Shown: in pieces, positions 10,174 through 18,095 of the stretch
How the letters are laid out: every line of letters starts with the position of its first letter
How positions within the stretch are numbered: the stretch's first letter is position 1
Sequence record: LC727698.1
Direction: 5' to 3' (one strand)
DNA: 64,000 bases
Notes under the pieces: model-generated
Told to the model about the DNA's origin: nothing
The model's input: the letters and a program-made list of their open reading frames with translations, nothing else
The model's database searches: none
Position numbers and translations under genes: made by a program

Positions 10174-12536
10174 TATAGATTTACCCAGGATGAAAAATAT
10201 ACTTGTAATGATGCTAATCCCGGATCGTCATATTCCCTCGAATAATCTTGATAACCGGTTCCGTCGTTGTTATTAAAATTACTGTTTAATGTACTAGCAA
10301 CGTCAAAGTATGATAATGTTTTGTTATAGCAATATATAGACACTGCTCTAAATGCTTTAGAATAGTTAACAACATCTCCCTCTATGGCACCTACGTGCCC
10401 CTCTGACATACATTGTGTCATAACAACATAATTTGTATTTGTTGGACGCAAAGTAGTAAAATAGAATCTATATAATCCTGTTCCTAATTTTGTTATAGAT
10501 AAGTTTAAAGTGTTTATTACAAAGAAGGAACCGCCCGTAAGGTTTGTGTCTGAGAATGATGCCAGACCTTTTGGCATATCTATTTCTACTTTCCAGTCAT
10601 ATCCTAAATAAGTTACTAATTGGTCCCTGCTAGCAAAACGAACATAATTGTCATTGGTATTATTGTTTCTAAATGTTACTTGGGCATTTATTGACATAGG
10701 GTCTGCATTAGTGTATGTCATACTAAATGAAGATGCAGATAGATACCCGCCGTTTGCATCAGGAAGATTAGAAGGTGTATATCTTACTGCTATTGTGTTG
10801 GCACCCGGACTAGTTGAATTTATTTTACCGTTAAGTAAATATGAATCTACGGCAGTACCGTTCCACGCCAATGCTCCTACTTCGGCAGCGGTCGGCGGCC
10901 GTCTGTCGTGGAATGCTAAATTACCAGAACCTATATATAGATTGTCTGCTTTAAATGATATGATACTATTTGCTACTAATGGTGTATTTATTGCACCAGT
11001 ATTATAGAAGACAAACTGTATTCCGTTATCTAATGTATTGTTAGTAACCATATTCATACTAACAGCAGTAGTATTATTTTGAGAATGAATATCTGTAACA
11101 GTACCGCCTAGTATTAGACTAGTTCCATAATTGGGTTTATATGCTAATCTGAAACTATTATCATTCATTACTATTACATCTCCTGATGTAACAGATGAAG
11201 TTATAGACGAAGTAACAAACGGTGTTTGTTTTTTAACGTAAGCTGTGCTATCTAACCCGCCTAGTAATTCTGAATCTGGAGAAGAACTATTTGATTTATC
11301 TACGAATAGATTATTATATTCTTGGGAATTGTATGTTTCGTTTTTACCATATATAGATAAATTATTTCTAGCGGCTGCCTTATTTAAAACATCTGCTAGG
11401 TTCAGTGTTTTATCGAATGTATTTACGTTATCTACTAATCCCAGACCTATCTGTTCTTTTGTAACTTGATGAGGGTCGTTTTTATCATTAATGTGAGCAC
11501 TAAGTAAATCTAATGTGCCCTGAGTTAATGGATGCCATTTTGCTAGATTTGTAAATTCACCGGGTTCTCCTACATATACATAAAATGATCCTTGTGTCCC
11601 GGGTCCCTCTGTTTTATACCATAGTTGTCCTTTTATAGCATTTTGGGGAGGAGAAGAACTAGCAAAGTTTTCTACCATCCATATCATGGATTCACTAAAT
11701 GCTTTTTCGTAACCTGCCGAATTATATCCTGGCATAGATATAGAAAGTAAGTTAGAAGAAATATAGTTATCAGGTACATTTAATCCTGGAATCTTGTTAT
11801 AGCACTTTGCAGAAAAAGATAATACCTCGAAAGTACATAAATCCTGATTACCTGATACAAATCCAAATAATGCAGATGTTTTAAAATCAGTTAGTGTATC
11901 ATCGTTTAGATCTATAGTAAACACCGAGTTATCTATTATTACGTTAGAATTCCAGTCGGAACACTTAGCTGTTATTTTATTATTTTCTCTAATTACATTA
12001 ATAATTGTATATCTATTTGACCAACCGAGATACCCTGTAGATGATGTAGAAGTAGCCCCAGCAGGACTATTAATTCCTATTGTTTTACTAGAAAGAATCG
12101 TTCTAGTTTTATTGTTATCTAAAATTAGTTCCCAATTCCTTCCGGATCCGCTGCTAGATGTGTTACCTAATGACCGGACAGCAGATATATATTTTCCTTT
12201 TTGTCCAGCAACACACAAACCTAACCTGTTATTTCTTATAGAATTGCTAGATATTTTTATTGTAATATTAAAATCACTAACTTGATCCATGTATAACGCA
12301 TAGCTATATAACGATGCTGCATTAGTTGATATAGGATCGGGAGTTCTTGTGTAAGAAAGAATAGAAGTAGCTGACCATCCTGCAGTGACGCCGCCTATTG
12401 CTTTTCCTTCCCATGCATCATACAAGTTAACTGATGTAGCTTTTGACCAATCAGAAACAACTTCTTGGTAACTAGGAAAAGAAGTTAGTTCTCTATTTTG
12501 GTAATAATTATTTGATAAACGTAATTCGTAACCCAT
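10173..12536 (-). CDS. Tail fibre / receptor-binding protein, paralogue 3, with extra N-terminal beta-rich domain (787 aa)
   Basis: ENFASSSPPQNAIKGQLWY and DPHQVTKEQIGLGLVDN motifs; about 240 additional N-terminal residues. Confidence 0.75.
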   Translation of the reverse strand: MGYELRLSNNYYQNRELTSFPSYQEVVSDWSKATSVNLYDAWEGKAIGGVTAGWSATSILSYTRTPDPISTNAASLYSYALYMDQVSDFNITIKISSNSIRNNRLGLCVAGQKGKYISAVRSLGNTSSSGSGRNWELILDNNKTRTILSSKTIGINSPAGATSTSSTGYLGWSNRYTIINVIRENNKITAKCSDWNSNVIIDNSVFTIDLNDDTLTDFKTSALFGFVSGNQDLCTFEVLSFSAKCYNKIPGLNVPDNYISSNLLSISMPGYNSAGYEKAFSESMIWMVENFASSSPPQNAIKGQLWYKTEGPGTQGSFYVYVGEPGEFTNLAKWHPLTQGTLDLLSAHINDKNDPHQVTKEQIGLGLVDNVNTFDKTLNLADVLNKAAARNNLSIYGKNETYNSQEYNNLFVDKSNSSSPDSELLGGLDSTAYVKKQTPFVTSSITSSVTSGDVIVMNDNSFRLAYKPNYGTSLILGGTVTDIHSQNNTTAVSMNMVTNNTLDNGIQFVFYNTGAINTPLVANSIISFKADNLYIGSGNLAFHDRRPPTAAEVGALAWNGTAVDSYLLNGKINSTSPGANTIAVRYTPSNLPDANGGYLSASSFSMTYTNADPMSINAQVTFRNNNTNDNYVRFASRDQLVTYLGYDWKVEIDMPKGLASFSDTNLTGGSFFVINTLNLSITKLGTGLYRFYFTTLRPTNTNYVVMTQCMSEGHVGAIEGDVVNYSKAFRAVSIYCYNKTLSYFDVASTLNSNFNNNDGTGYQDYSREYDDPGLASLQVYFSSWVNL

Positions 12537-12560
12537 GACAATGCTCGATATTCTTTATGA

Positions 12561-12568
12561 TATTTATC
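12561..12568 (-). promoter_or_regulatory. Putative late promoter GATAAATA for the fibre operon
   Basis: Octamer 25 nt upstream of the ATG at 12536. Confidence 0.55.
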
Positions 12569-12631
12569 ATAGTAATTTTAGGTAAATTTATGAAATTATA
12601 TTTATTTTCTTTTATAAAACATAAAATATAG

Positions 12632-12660
12632 TTGTTTAATTTAACTGGGTGTAATATAAT
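12632..12660 (+). promoter_or_regulatory. Putative sigma70 promoter for the candidate ncRNA
   Basis: TTGTTT-17 nt-TATAAT. Confidence 0.5.
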
Positions 12661-12665
12661 TTGTA

Positions 12666-12935
12666 GTGTATGCAATACATTTGCATATATACCAAGCACT
12701 GTATGGTGAGTTGCATACAGCGATGGGCAATCGTAGTGCCGACATTGATCTAGTATGATCTGAAATAGGTCCCTTACGCCGAGGTAAGGCTATCTGGCAC
12801 GGATAGTAGTGGATGTGTATGTTCGAAATAACGATATCATATTTTAGACATACGCCGCCGTCAGCATTTTTAGTTTGCAACTGCTGATATCTTTAAGTTT
12901 TGTTGATGGCCGGGGGTGGTGCCCAGTGCATTTTT
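12666..12935 (+). ncRNA. Candidate structured ncRNA of about 265-270 nt, family not recognised
   Basis: GC island (110/240 = 46% over 12691-12930) with at least 8 helices, a long-range closing stem, a possible pseudoknot, G-U pairs favouring the + strand, an upstream promoter and a 3' T-run. Confidence 0.7.
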
Positions 12936-13131
12936 ATTGTAGAGTTAATGTGTAAAAGAAATAAATGTGCTTAAAGACGAGGTTCTTTTCTAAAACTGTT
13001 TCTAAAAATAATTGCGTTAAAACCTTGGGTTTAATTAATGTATTATATATGCTATATAATTAGCCCTACATAAACATGTATGTTTAACTTGTTTAGTTAA
13101 CAATAAAATATGCAAATTAAGGAATTAACTG

Positions 13132-13299
13132 ATGACCAAATTTAATAAAAAATCGTTAGATACATATGAAGATAGAGAAGATTATAGAGATGAAGAAACT
13201 GGTGACAGGTTAAATAATAAGAAATCTGAACCTAAAAAAAATAATACTGATTATAAGCCGTTTGGTAAAATTACCAACCGCTATAATAATGATAATTAA
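13132..13299 (+). CDS. Small charged hypothetical protein (55 aa), below the ORF-track cutoff
   Basis: AAGGA SD then ATG; MTKFNKKSLDTYEDREDYRDEETGDRLNNKKSEPKKNNTDYKPFGKITNRYNNDN. Confidence 0.65.
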   Translation: MTKFNKKSLDTYEDREDYRDEETGDRLNNKKSEPKKNNTDYKPFGKITNRYNNDN

Positions 13300-13327
13300 A
13301 TAGTAAATATTATTATCATTTACTACG

Positions 13328-13747
13328 GTGATAATAATGATAGAAACTATTTTAACCTCGAGAGTATTTGCTTATGCAGTTTGCATAGGTATAATATCGT
13401 TAGCAATAACGCTCTCATATCAAAAATATCAAAAGCTTATTAGTGTAAATAAATCTCTTGAACAATCTATAGAAACGTTAACTAATGATAATAATTCATT
13501 GCAGTTAACTATTTCTGAACAAAATAAAAAGATTGAAACATATATTCAACTTAGATTATATGAAGAATCTATAGCCAAACAAAAAGCAGAATCACATGCT
13601 GCTTTAGAAAAACAATTACAAGATACTAAATCTCAGTTAAATGAATTAATAGAACGTAGAAAGAATGAGGCACCAAATGATCAAAGTGTGTTATGCTCTA
13701 CTGTCAGGATTGATCCTGCTTTACGCAACTGGATGCTCGCAAACTAA
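13328..13747 (+). CDS. Inner-membrane spanin (i-spanin, Rz-like)
   Basis: Single N-terminal TM helix followed by a long coiled coil; overlaps a lipoprotein gene. Confidence 0.8.
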   Translation: MIIMIETILTSRVFAYAVCIGIISLAITLSYQKYQKLISVNKSLEQSIETLTNDNNSLQLTISEQNKKIETYIQLRLYEESIAKQKAESHAALEKQLQDTKSQLNELIERRKNEAPNDQSVLCSTVRIDPALRNWMLAN

Positions 13748-13994
13748 ACCAGTTAAGTCTGTAGTGATAGAAAAGGAAATAGTTCCTGTTCTTCCGCCAG
13801 ATTCTCTTATAGTATATTGTTACGAAAATGAAAATCCCGATACGTATGGCGAAGCGGTAGGTTCGGTTAAAAAACTAAAATCTATAATTAAAAATTCTTG
13901 TAATAAAAATATGAAAGATATAGAACTTTGGAAATCTGAAGTTAAAAAACTATATCCTACTGCGAATGACTTAGAAACAAAAAAGCAGCCTTAA
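13677..13994 (+). CDS. Outer-membrane lipoprotein spanin (o-spanin, Rz1-like)
   Basis: GAGG SD before ATG 13677; signal peptide with lipobox LYATG-C; Pro-rich segment VPVLPP; overlaps the i-spanin 3' end. Confidence 0.8.
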   Translation: MIKVCYALLSGLILLYATGCSQTKPVKSVVIEKEIVPVLPPDSLIVYCYENENPDTYGEAVGSVKKLKSIIKNSCNKNMKDIELWKSEVKKLYPTANDLETKKQP

Positions 13995-14005
13995 GCTGCT
14001 TTTTT
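13978..14005. terminator. Bidirectional terminator between o-spanin and holin
   Basis: AAAAAAAGCAGC-CTTAA-GCTGCTTTTTT; both stop codons are in the loop. Confidence 0.85.
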
Positions 14006-14254
14006 ATTGTCCGAGTCGCATGGGTTTATTTTATCTTTTATATTCTGTTTTATATAACTTCCTGCAATACCTAGTATACTAAACAAACATACTAATCCTA
14101 TAAATACGTGAGTTTCTATCAAAGAACTAAATCCAATAATTGCTGGAACACCGTATTGTGCAATAGCCATTAATAAATTCACTACATGGAAAATATAAGA
14201 ATATCTTTTATATATTTTAGTCCAATTATCTGTTAATTTAAGTTTCCTAAACAT
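13991..14254 (-). CDS. Holin (two predicted TM segments, possibly a pinholin)
   Basis: 87 aa with KLTDNWTKIYKRYS N-terminus, two hydrophobic segments and a charged C-terminal tail; adjacent to the endolysin; SD GAGGA. Confidence 0.7.
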   Translation of the reverse strand: MFRKLKLTDNWTKIYKRYSYIFHVVNLLMAIAQYGVPAIIGFSSLIETHVFIGLVCLFSILGIAGSYIKQNIKDKINPCDSDNKKAA

Positions 14255-14748
14255 ACATTCCTCTCTTCAGTTCTTCGTTTTACTAATCCTTTTAAAACAA
14301 CTCCTCCTGCTTTAGTCCATTTTAGCAATTCGTTGCATGCTCCTACTTTATCGCCTGCATTTAATTTTCTAAGCATTGTGGATTGATTTCCATTTTTTAA
14401 TGTGACAAATCCGTCTTTAACCCCTTTTTTCCCTGGTCCTACGTTATATAAGAACGAAAGAAACGCAGCATGTTCGTATGGCGTTAATTCTACCTTTACT
14501 ACATTTGTTAAGATTTTATTATGTTCTAAAAGATCTTTTGCTAATTGATCCAAACATTGGCTGTCTGTAAATTGTTGTCCTTTTTTTAGCTCAGGTCCAG
14601 TGTGACCGTAGCAAGATGTTAAAATTCCTACTGGATCTACATATACCTTGTTTACTTTACCTTCAAACGGAGCCAATAGTGCTCCTCCTAGTGCAATTGC
14701 ACCGGATAATCCCATTGCAATTAATTTTTTTCTAATATTATTATCCAT
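14233..14748 (-). CDS. SAR endolysin, GH24 lysozyme
   Basis: Gly/Ala-rich N-terminal SAR segment (LIAMGLSGAIALGGALL); catalytic E-X8-D-X5-T (FEGKVNKVYVDPVGILT); C-terminal GLVKRRTEER. Confidence 0.9.
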   Translation of the reverse strand: MDNNIRKKLIAMGLSGAIALGGALLAPFEGKVNKVYVDPVGILTSCYGHTGPELKKGQQFTDSQCLDQLAKDLLEHNKILTNVVKVELTPYEHAAFLSFLYNVGPGKKGVKDGFVTLKNGNQSTMLRKLNAGDKVGACNELLKWTKAGGVVLKGLVKRRTEERNVCLGNLN

Positions 14749-14761
14749 ACTAATCCTTTAT

Positions 14762-14790
14762 AAAATAAAACGTGTTAACATATATGTCAA
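14762..14790 (-). promoter_or_regulatory. Putative sigma70 promoter for endolysin-holin
   Basis: TTGACA-17 nt-TATTTT on the minus strand. Confidence 0.5.
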
Positions 14791-14810
14791 CTATATGTAT
14801 AACGGCAGCT

Positions 14811-14838
14811 TTGCAATAGTAGCATTATGCTATATACT
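14811..14838 (+). promoter_or_regulatory. Putative sigma70 promoter for the YqeY-DHFR operon
   Basis: TTGCAA-16 nt-TATACT. Confidence 0.55.
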
Positions 14839-14868
14839 GTTTTTATAACATAAACCGTTGGAGTATAT

Positions 14869-15300
14869 ATGACACTTATTTCGCAAATAAAAGCAGATCA
14901 ACTTTCTGCTCGTAAATGTAAAAATAAAATAGCTACATCTCTCCTTACTACACTACTTTCAGAAGCATCTCAACCCGGCATAAATGACGGAAAGAGAGAA
15001 TCTACAGATAACGAAGTAATAAGTGTAATTAATTCGTTTATCAAGAATAACAAAATAGCACAAGAAAATGCTAGCAAAGATATTCTTTGCGTATTACAAG
15101 AAGAATTAGCTATCTTAGTTTCTTATCTACCCGAACAATATACAAAAGATAAATTAACTGAGATTATATCTAAATATATAAATAATAATCCTGATTTTAC
15201 TATTTCGTCTGTTATGCAGTATTTACGACAAAATCATTCAGGAAAATATGAAGGTAGAATGGCAAAAGAAATAATTGATACGTGTATGCAGGGAGTTTAG
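14869..15300 (+). CDS. GatB/YqeY domain protein
   Basis: LISQIKADQLSARK...LLTTLLSE...TDNEVISVI...ELAILVSYLPEQ pattern; SD GGAG. Confidence 0.85.
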   Translation: MTLISQIKADQLSARKCKNKIATSLLTTLLSEASQPGINDGKRESTDNEVISVINSFIKNNKIAQENASKDILCVLQEELAILVSYLPEQYTKDKLTEIISKYINNNPDFTISSVMQYLRQNHSGKYEGRMAKEIIDTCMQGV

Positions 15301-15301
15301 T

Positions 15302-15514
15302 GTGAAAATTTTAGAAATGGCAGAATCTAGTTGGATAGAATTTGTAGAAAGAAAAGACAATGATGTTATATTGCAGACAAAGTCTGGATATACATATCTT
15401 ATAAAACGAGTTCCAGATGACGTGTGGCTTGAATGGAATATAGCTCCTTCTGCAGGGGCGTATTTTGTTGCAAATATAAGAAACAAATATCAAATTAATA
15501 AAGTTGTAGGATAA
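15302..15514 (+). CDS. KTSC domain protein
   Basis: SSWI...G.TY....VP..VW.....A.SAGAYF..NIRNKY; GTG start after GGGAG. Confidence 0.75.
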   Translation: MKILEMAESSWIEFVERKDNDVILQTKSGYTYLIKRVPDDVWLEWNIAPSAGAYFVANIRNKYQINKVVG

Positions 15515-15984
15515 TGATAGAAATAATAGCAGCAATTGGACCTAAATTAGAAATAGGACTCAATGGACGATTGCCATGGAATTACATATCGGAGGATATG
15601 GCTCATTTTAAAAAACACACAATAGGGAAATGTGTTATAATGGGTAAGACGACGTTCGAGAGTTTAAATAAAATACCTCTGTCTGGTCGTACTAACATTG
15701 TGATGTCTACTAATGAAATTTACACAGGCGTATGCAACGTAAGATCGGTTAAAGATGCGTTAGATACAGCAATGATAAAAGACAAAGGAATTGCAGTGAT
15801 CGGCGGCGCCAGCATCTATAAACAATTTGAAGGTATAGCAACTAAACTTGTAATAACACATATACCGGATAAGTATATATCGTCTGCAGATACTTATTTT
15901 CCAATAGATCTAAATAACTGGAATGTTTTTAACGAATATAATATAACATCTGATATAATTGTTAAGGAATATGTTAAAAAATGA
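15514..15984 (+). CDS. frd: Dihydrofolate reductase
   Basis: IAAIG....IG.NGRLPW, EDMAHFKKHT.GK.VIMGKTTFES, LSGRTNIV, VIGGASIY, ADTYFP. Confidence 0.95.
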   Translation: MIEIIAAIGPKLEIGLNGRLPWNYISEDMAHFKKHTIGKCVIMGKTTFESLNKIPLSGRTNIVMSTNEIYTGVCNVRSVKDALDTAMIKDKGIAVIGGASIYKQFEGIATKLVITHIPDKYISSADTYFPIDLNNWNVFNEYNITSDIIVKEYVKK

Positions 15985-16226
15985 TATTTTTTCATATTTT
16001 AGGGGTTGTAGGTACAGTATGTGTATTATTCTGTTATTGGATGATAGCAGAAGGTAAATGGACAAATAAAACTAAAAAATATTATTTAATTAATGGAATC
16101 GGCGCGTTATTTTTGTTAGCTAGTTTGATTGTTAATTTTAATTTAGGATCTGTAATTCTGGAGATATTCTTTTTGATTATTACTGTTCGTGGATATTTAA
16201 AGGCAATAAAAGAAAACAATGTATAA
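15981..16226 (+). CDS. Small multi-pass membrane protein, CBU_0592-like
   Basis: Three hydrophobic segments; G..G...L..Y...Y..IN..GA..L pattern. Confidence 0.6.
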   Translation: MIFFHILGVVGTVCVLFCYWMIAEGKWTNKTKKYYLINGIGALFLLASLIVNFNLGSVILEIFFLIITVRGYLKAIKENNV

Positions 16227-16488
16227 CGAAATAATAAACCTTATAAATTCTGAACAAGAATTCAAGAGATTATTAAAGGCGTCTGATACTAATTTTCCTG
16301 TAAAAATATCTAAACATTTTATATTTGATAAATCTTCTAATGTTTCTCTAAATATGAAAGATATAATTTATCCTGTTGCATGTATAACTGTGTTTTCATT
16401 TGTACAAAATACAGATATAGGTGTATGTAATCATCATGTATATCCATTAGAGTGCATTAAAGCTAAATTGTTTACTGAGGAAAATTAA
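16219..16488 (+). CDS. Hypothetical protein (89 aa)
   Basis: ORF translationally coupled within the operon. Confidence 0.65.
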   Translation: MYNEIINLINSEQEFKRLLKASDTNFPVKISKHFIFDKSSNVSLNMKDIIYPVACITVFSFVQNTDIGVCNHHVYPLECIKAKLFTEEN

Positions 16489-17043
16489 ATGGGATCTCAT
16501 TTAATAAAAACTGGTGTAAAAAATATAAAAAATAATTCTCAACAGATAGAATTTGACGATATAGTTAAGTTAGTATCTGATTCGTATAACAGATGTGTAA
16601 ATGAAATAAACAAATCAAAAATAGAATCCGATCTGTTATTAGAAACAACGTATTCTGAAGAATTAGAATACGTCGAACGGATAATTAATTTTTATAGGAA
16701 AAAAAATACAAAATTATTGTTAAATGCAATGAAAATTACTAAAACAAAACATTTACTTTTTTCTATTAAGTCTGCAACTGGTCGCCCTGCTCACGGCGAA
16801 GTGCTATGTATTGGTAGATATAAAGGTTGGCCATCTGCTTGGGCTATACTTGAAAATGTAATAGGTATACACACATTTTGTGGTAATTCTAATCAACAAC
16901 AATTTCAACTATTAAATATAAACTTAATAGACAAAAAATTTATTAATAACGTAGTGGATGAAAATGGAAATATAGTTAATGATTCCGAAATTCGTAAGGA
17001 ATTAGAAGAATACGCTGTAGTAACCAGGAAAAATTGGTATTAA
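16489..17043 (+). CDS. Hypothetical protein (184 aa)
   Basis: SD GAGGA; abuts the previous gene. Confidence 0.7.
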   Translation: MGSHLIKTGVKNIKNNSQQIEFDDIVKLVSDSYNRCVNEINKSKIESDLLLETTYSEELEYVERIINFYRKKNTKLLLNAMKITKTKHLLFSIKSATGRPAHGEVLCIGRYKGWPSAWAILENVIGIHTFCGNSNQQQFQLLNINLIDKKFINNVVDENGNIVNDSEIRKELEEYAVVTRKNWY

Positions 17044-17058
17044 TAATAGGGGTAAAAC

Positions 17059-17622
17059 ATGAATATTTCCTTGCGCCGCGCTAGAAAATTAGAAATTAAA
17101 TTAAAGAATTTTTTAAATGAATCTGCAAATTATAAAGCACAGATTAGGGTAAATTCTAATAGTGAACAAATCATAGAAACACTACATGTATCTAGGGTAA
17201 AATTTGAAACTGAATTAGAAAATAAAAGAAAACTAATATCTGCTAGATTTAAAATAAGAGAACTAATTGGTAAAAATAATCACAACGTAGGCATCGATAA
17301 TCTTATTACCCAGAGAGAGCACATAAAAGAACAAATAGTTCTTCTGCAAACTATGTTACTTAATGATACTGTAGAAGATTGTATTGCATGTGATATAATA
17401 GAAGCAGAACGAAAACTCAATGAATCTATGGGTAAGAAAACTACTGTAGTTCCTGTTTCTATTATAAATTCTAATTTAAAATCAAAATACTTATTAGAAA
17501 AAAATTCATTAAAAGCACGTTTAGACGAAATTGATGAAAAGATTTTATCGTTAAACAATTCTACTACTATAACAATTGATGACGATATAAAAGAATTATT
17601 GCTAGATAATAGGCTTATTTAA
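17059..17622 (+). CDS. Coiled-coil hypothetical protein (187 aa)
   Basis: SD AGGGG; heptad-rich sequence. Confidence 0.7.
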   Translation: MNISLRRARKLEIKLKNFLNESANYKAQIRVNSNSEQIIETLHVSRVKFETELENKRKLISARFKIRELIGKNNHNVGIDNLITQREHIKEQIVLLQTMLLNDTVEDCIACDIIEAERKLNESMGKKTTVVPVSIINSNLKSKYLLEKNSLKARLDEIDEKILSLNNSTTITIDDDIKELLLDNRLI

Positions 17623-17693
17623 TAATCATATATAACTATTGACGTTATATTTTAATTGTGTTTTACTATGTAAAAAATTTAAGGAATAAAAAT

Positions 17694-17945
17694 ATGAAAG
17701 TAGAAATTTACGGTAAAGAAAATTGTCCGCATTGTAAAAATGCAGTTCAGTTATGTGAAATGAGGGGATTAGAATACCATTATTACGATGTTAGTGATCA
17801 AGAAACCGGACCGGAATTAATAACAGAATTAACTAATCGCATAGGAACTAGACCGAAATCTGTTCCTCAAATTTTTATCGATAATCAACATGTGGGGGGA
17901 TATACTCAGTTTCATTGTGCATTAGATGCAGCAAGGAATATGTAA
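17694..17945 (+). CDS. Glutaredoxin
   Basis: MKVEIYGKENCPHC, SVPQIFID..HVGGY; SD AAGGA before ATG 17694. Confidence 0.93.
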   Translation: MKVEIYGKENCPHCKNAVQLCEMRGLEYHYYDVSDQETGPELITELTNRIGTRPKSVPQIFIDNQHVGGYTQFHCALDAARNM

Positions 17946-18095
17946 ATAAAACTATTGTATGTTTTTGTGTAAAGATGTAATACTTTGTTTTATCGGTTAA
18001 ATTTTAAAAATTTTCTAATTCAGTAAACATAAAGGTCTTGTTAGAAACATTTTGTAAAAATTTCTTTAAAATTTATATAGATATTTGGTTATTAT

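Noticed and set aside
12641-12880. 79-aa minus-strand ORF over the GC-rich island
   Set aside because: TTG start without SD, Cys/Ile/Arg-rich sequence unlike the phage's proteins, and the helix pattern (G-U pairs valid only on +) is better explained by an RNA gene on the opposite strand.
12666-12935. Identification of the RNA as tmRNA, tRNA, RNase P, SRP or a group I/II intron
   Set aside because: No GGGG...CCACCA acceptor with a proper T-arm, no tag frame ending in ...AA-stop, no GAGGAAAGUCC, and no group I P7 or group II domain V motif seen on either strand.
7038-12935. Diversity-generating retroelement or invertible tail-fibre cassette
   Set aside because: No template/variable repeat pair differing at adenines, no reverse transcriptase or invertase in the window, and no inverted crossover sites seen; the fibre tips are diverged throughout.
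13015-13100. AT-rich short palindromes (TAAACATGTATGTTTA, TTAACT/AGTTAA) as an origin or operator
   Set aside because: Such palindromes are expected at this AT content; no iterons or second copies noticed.
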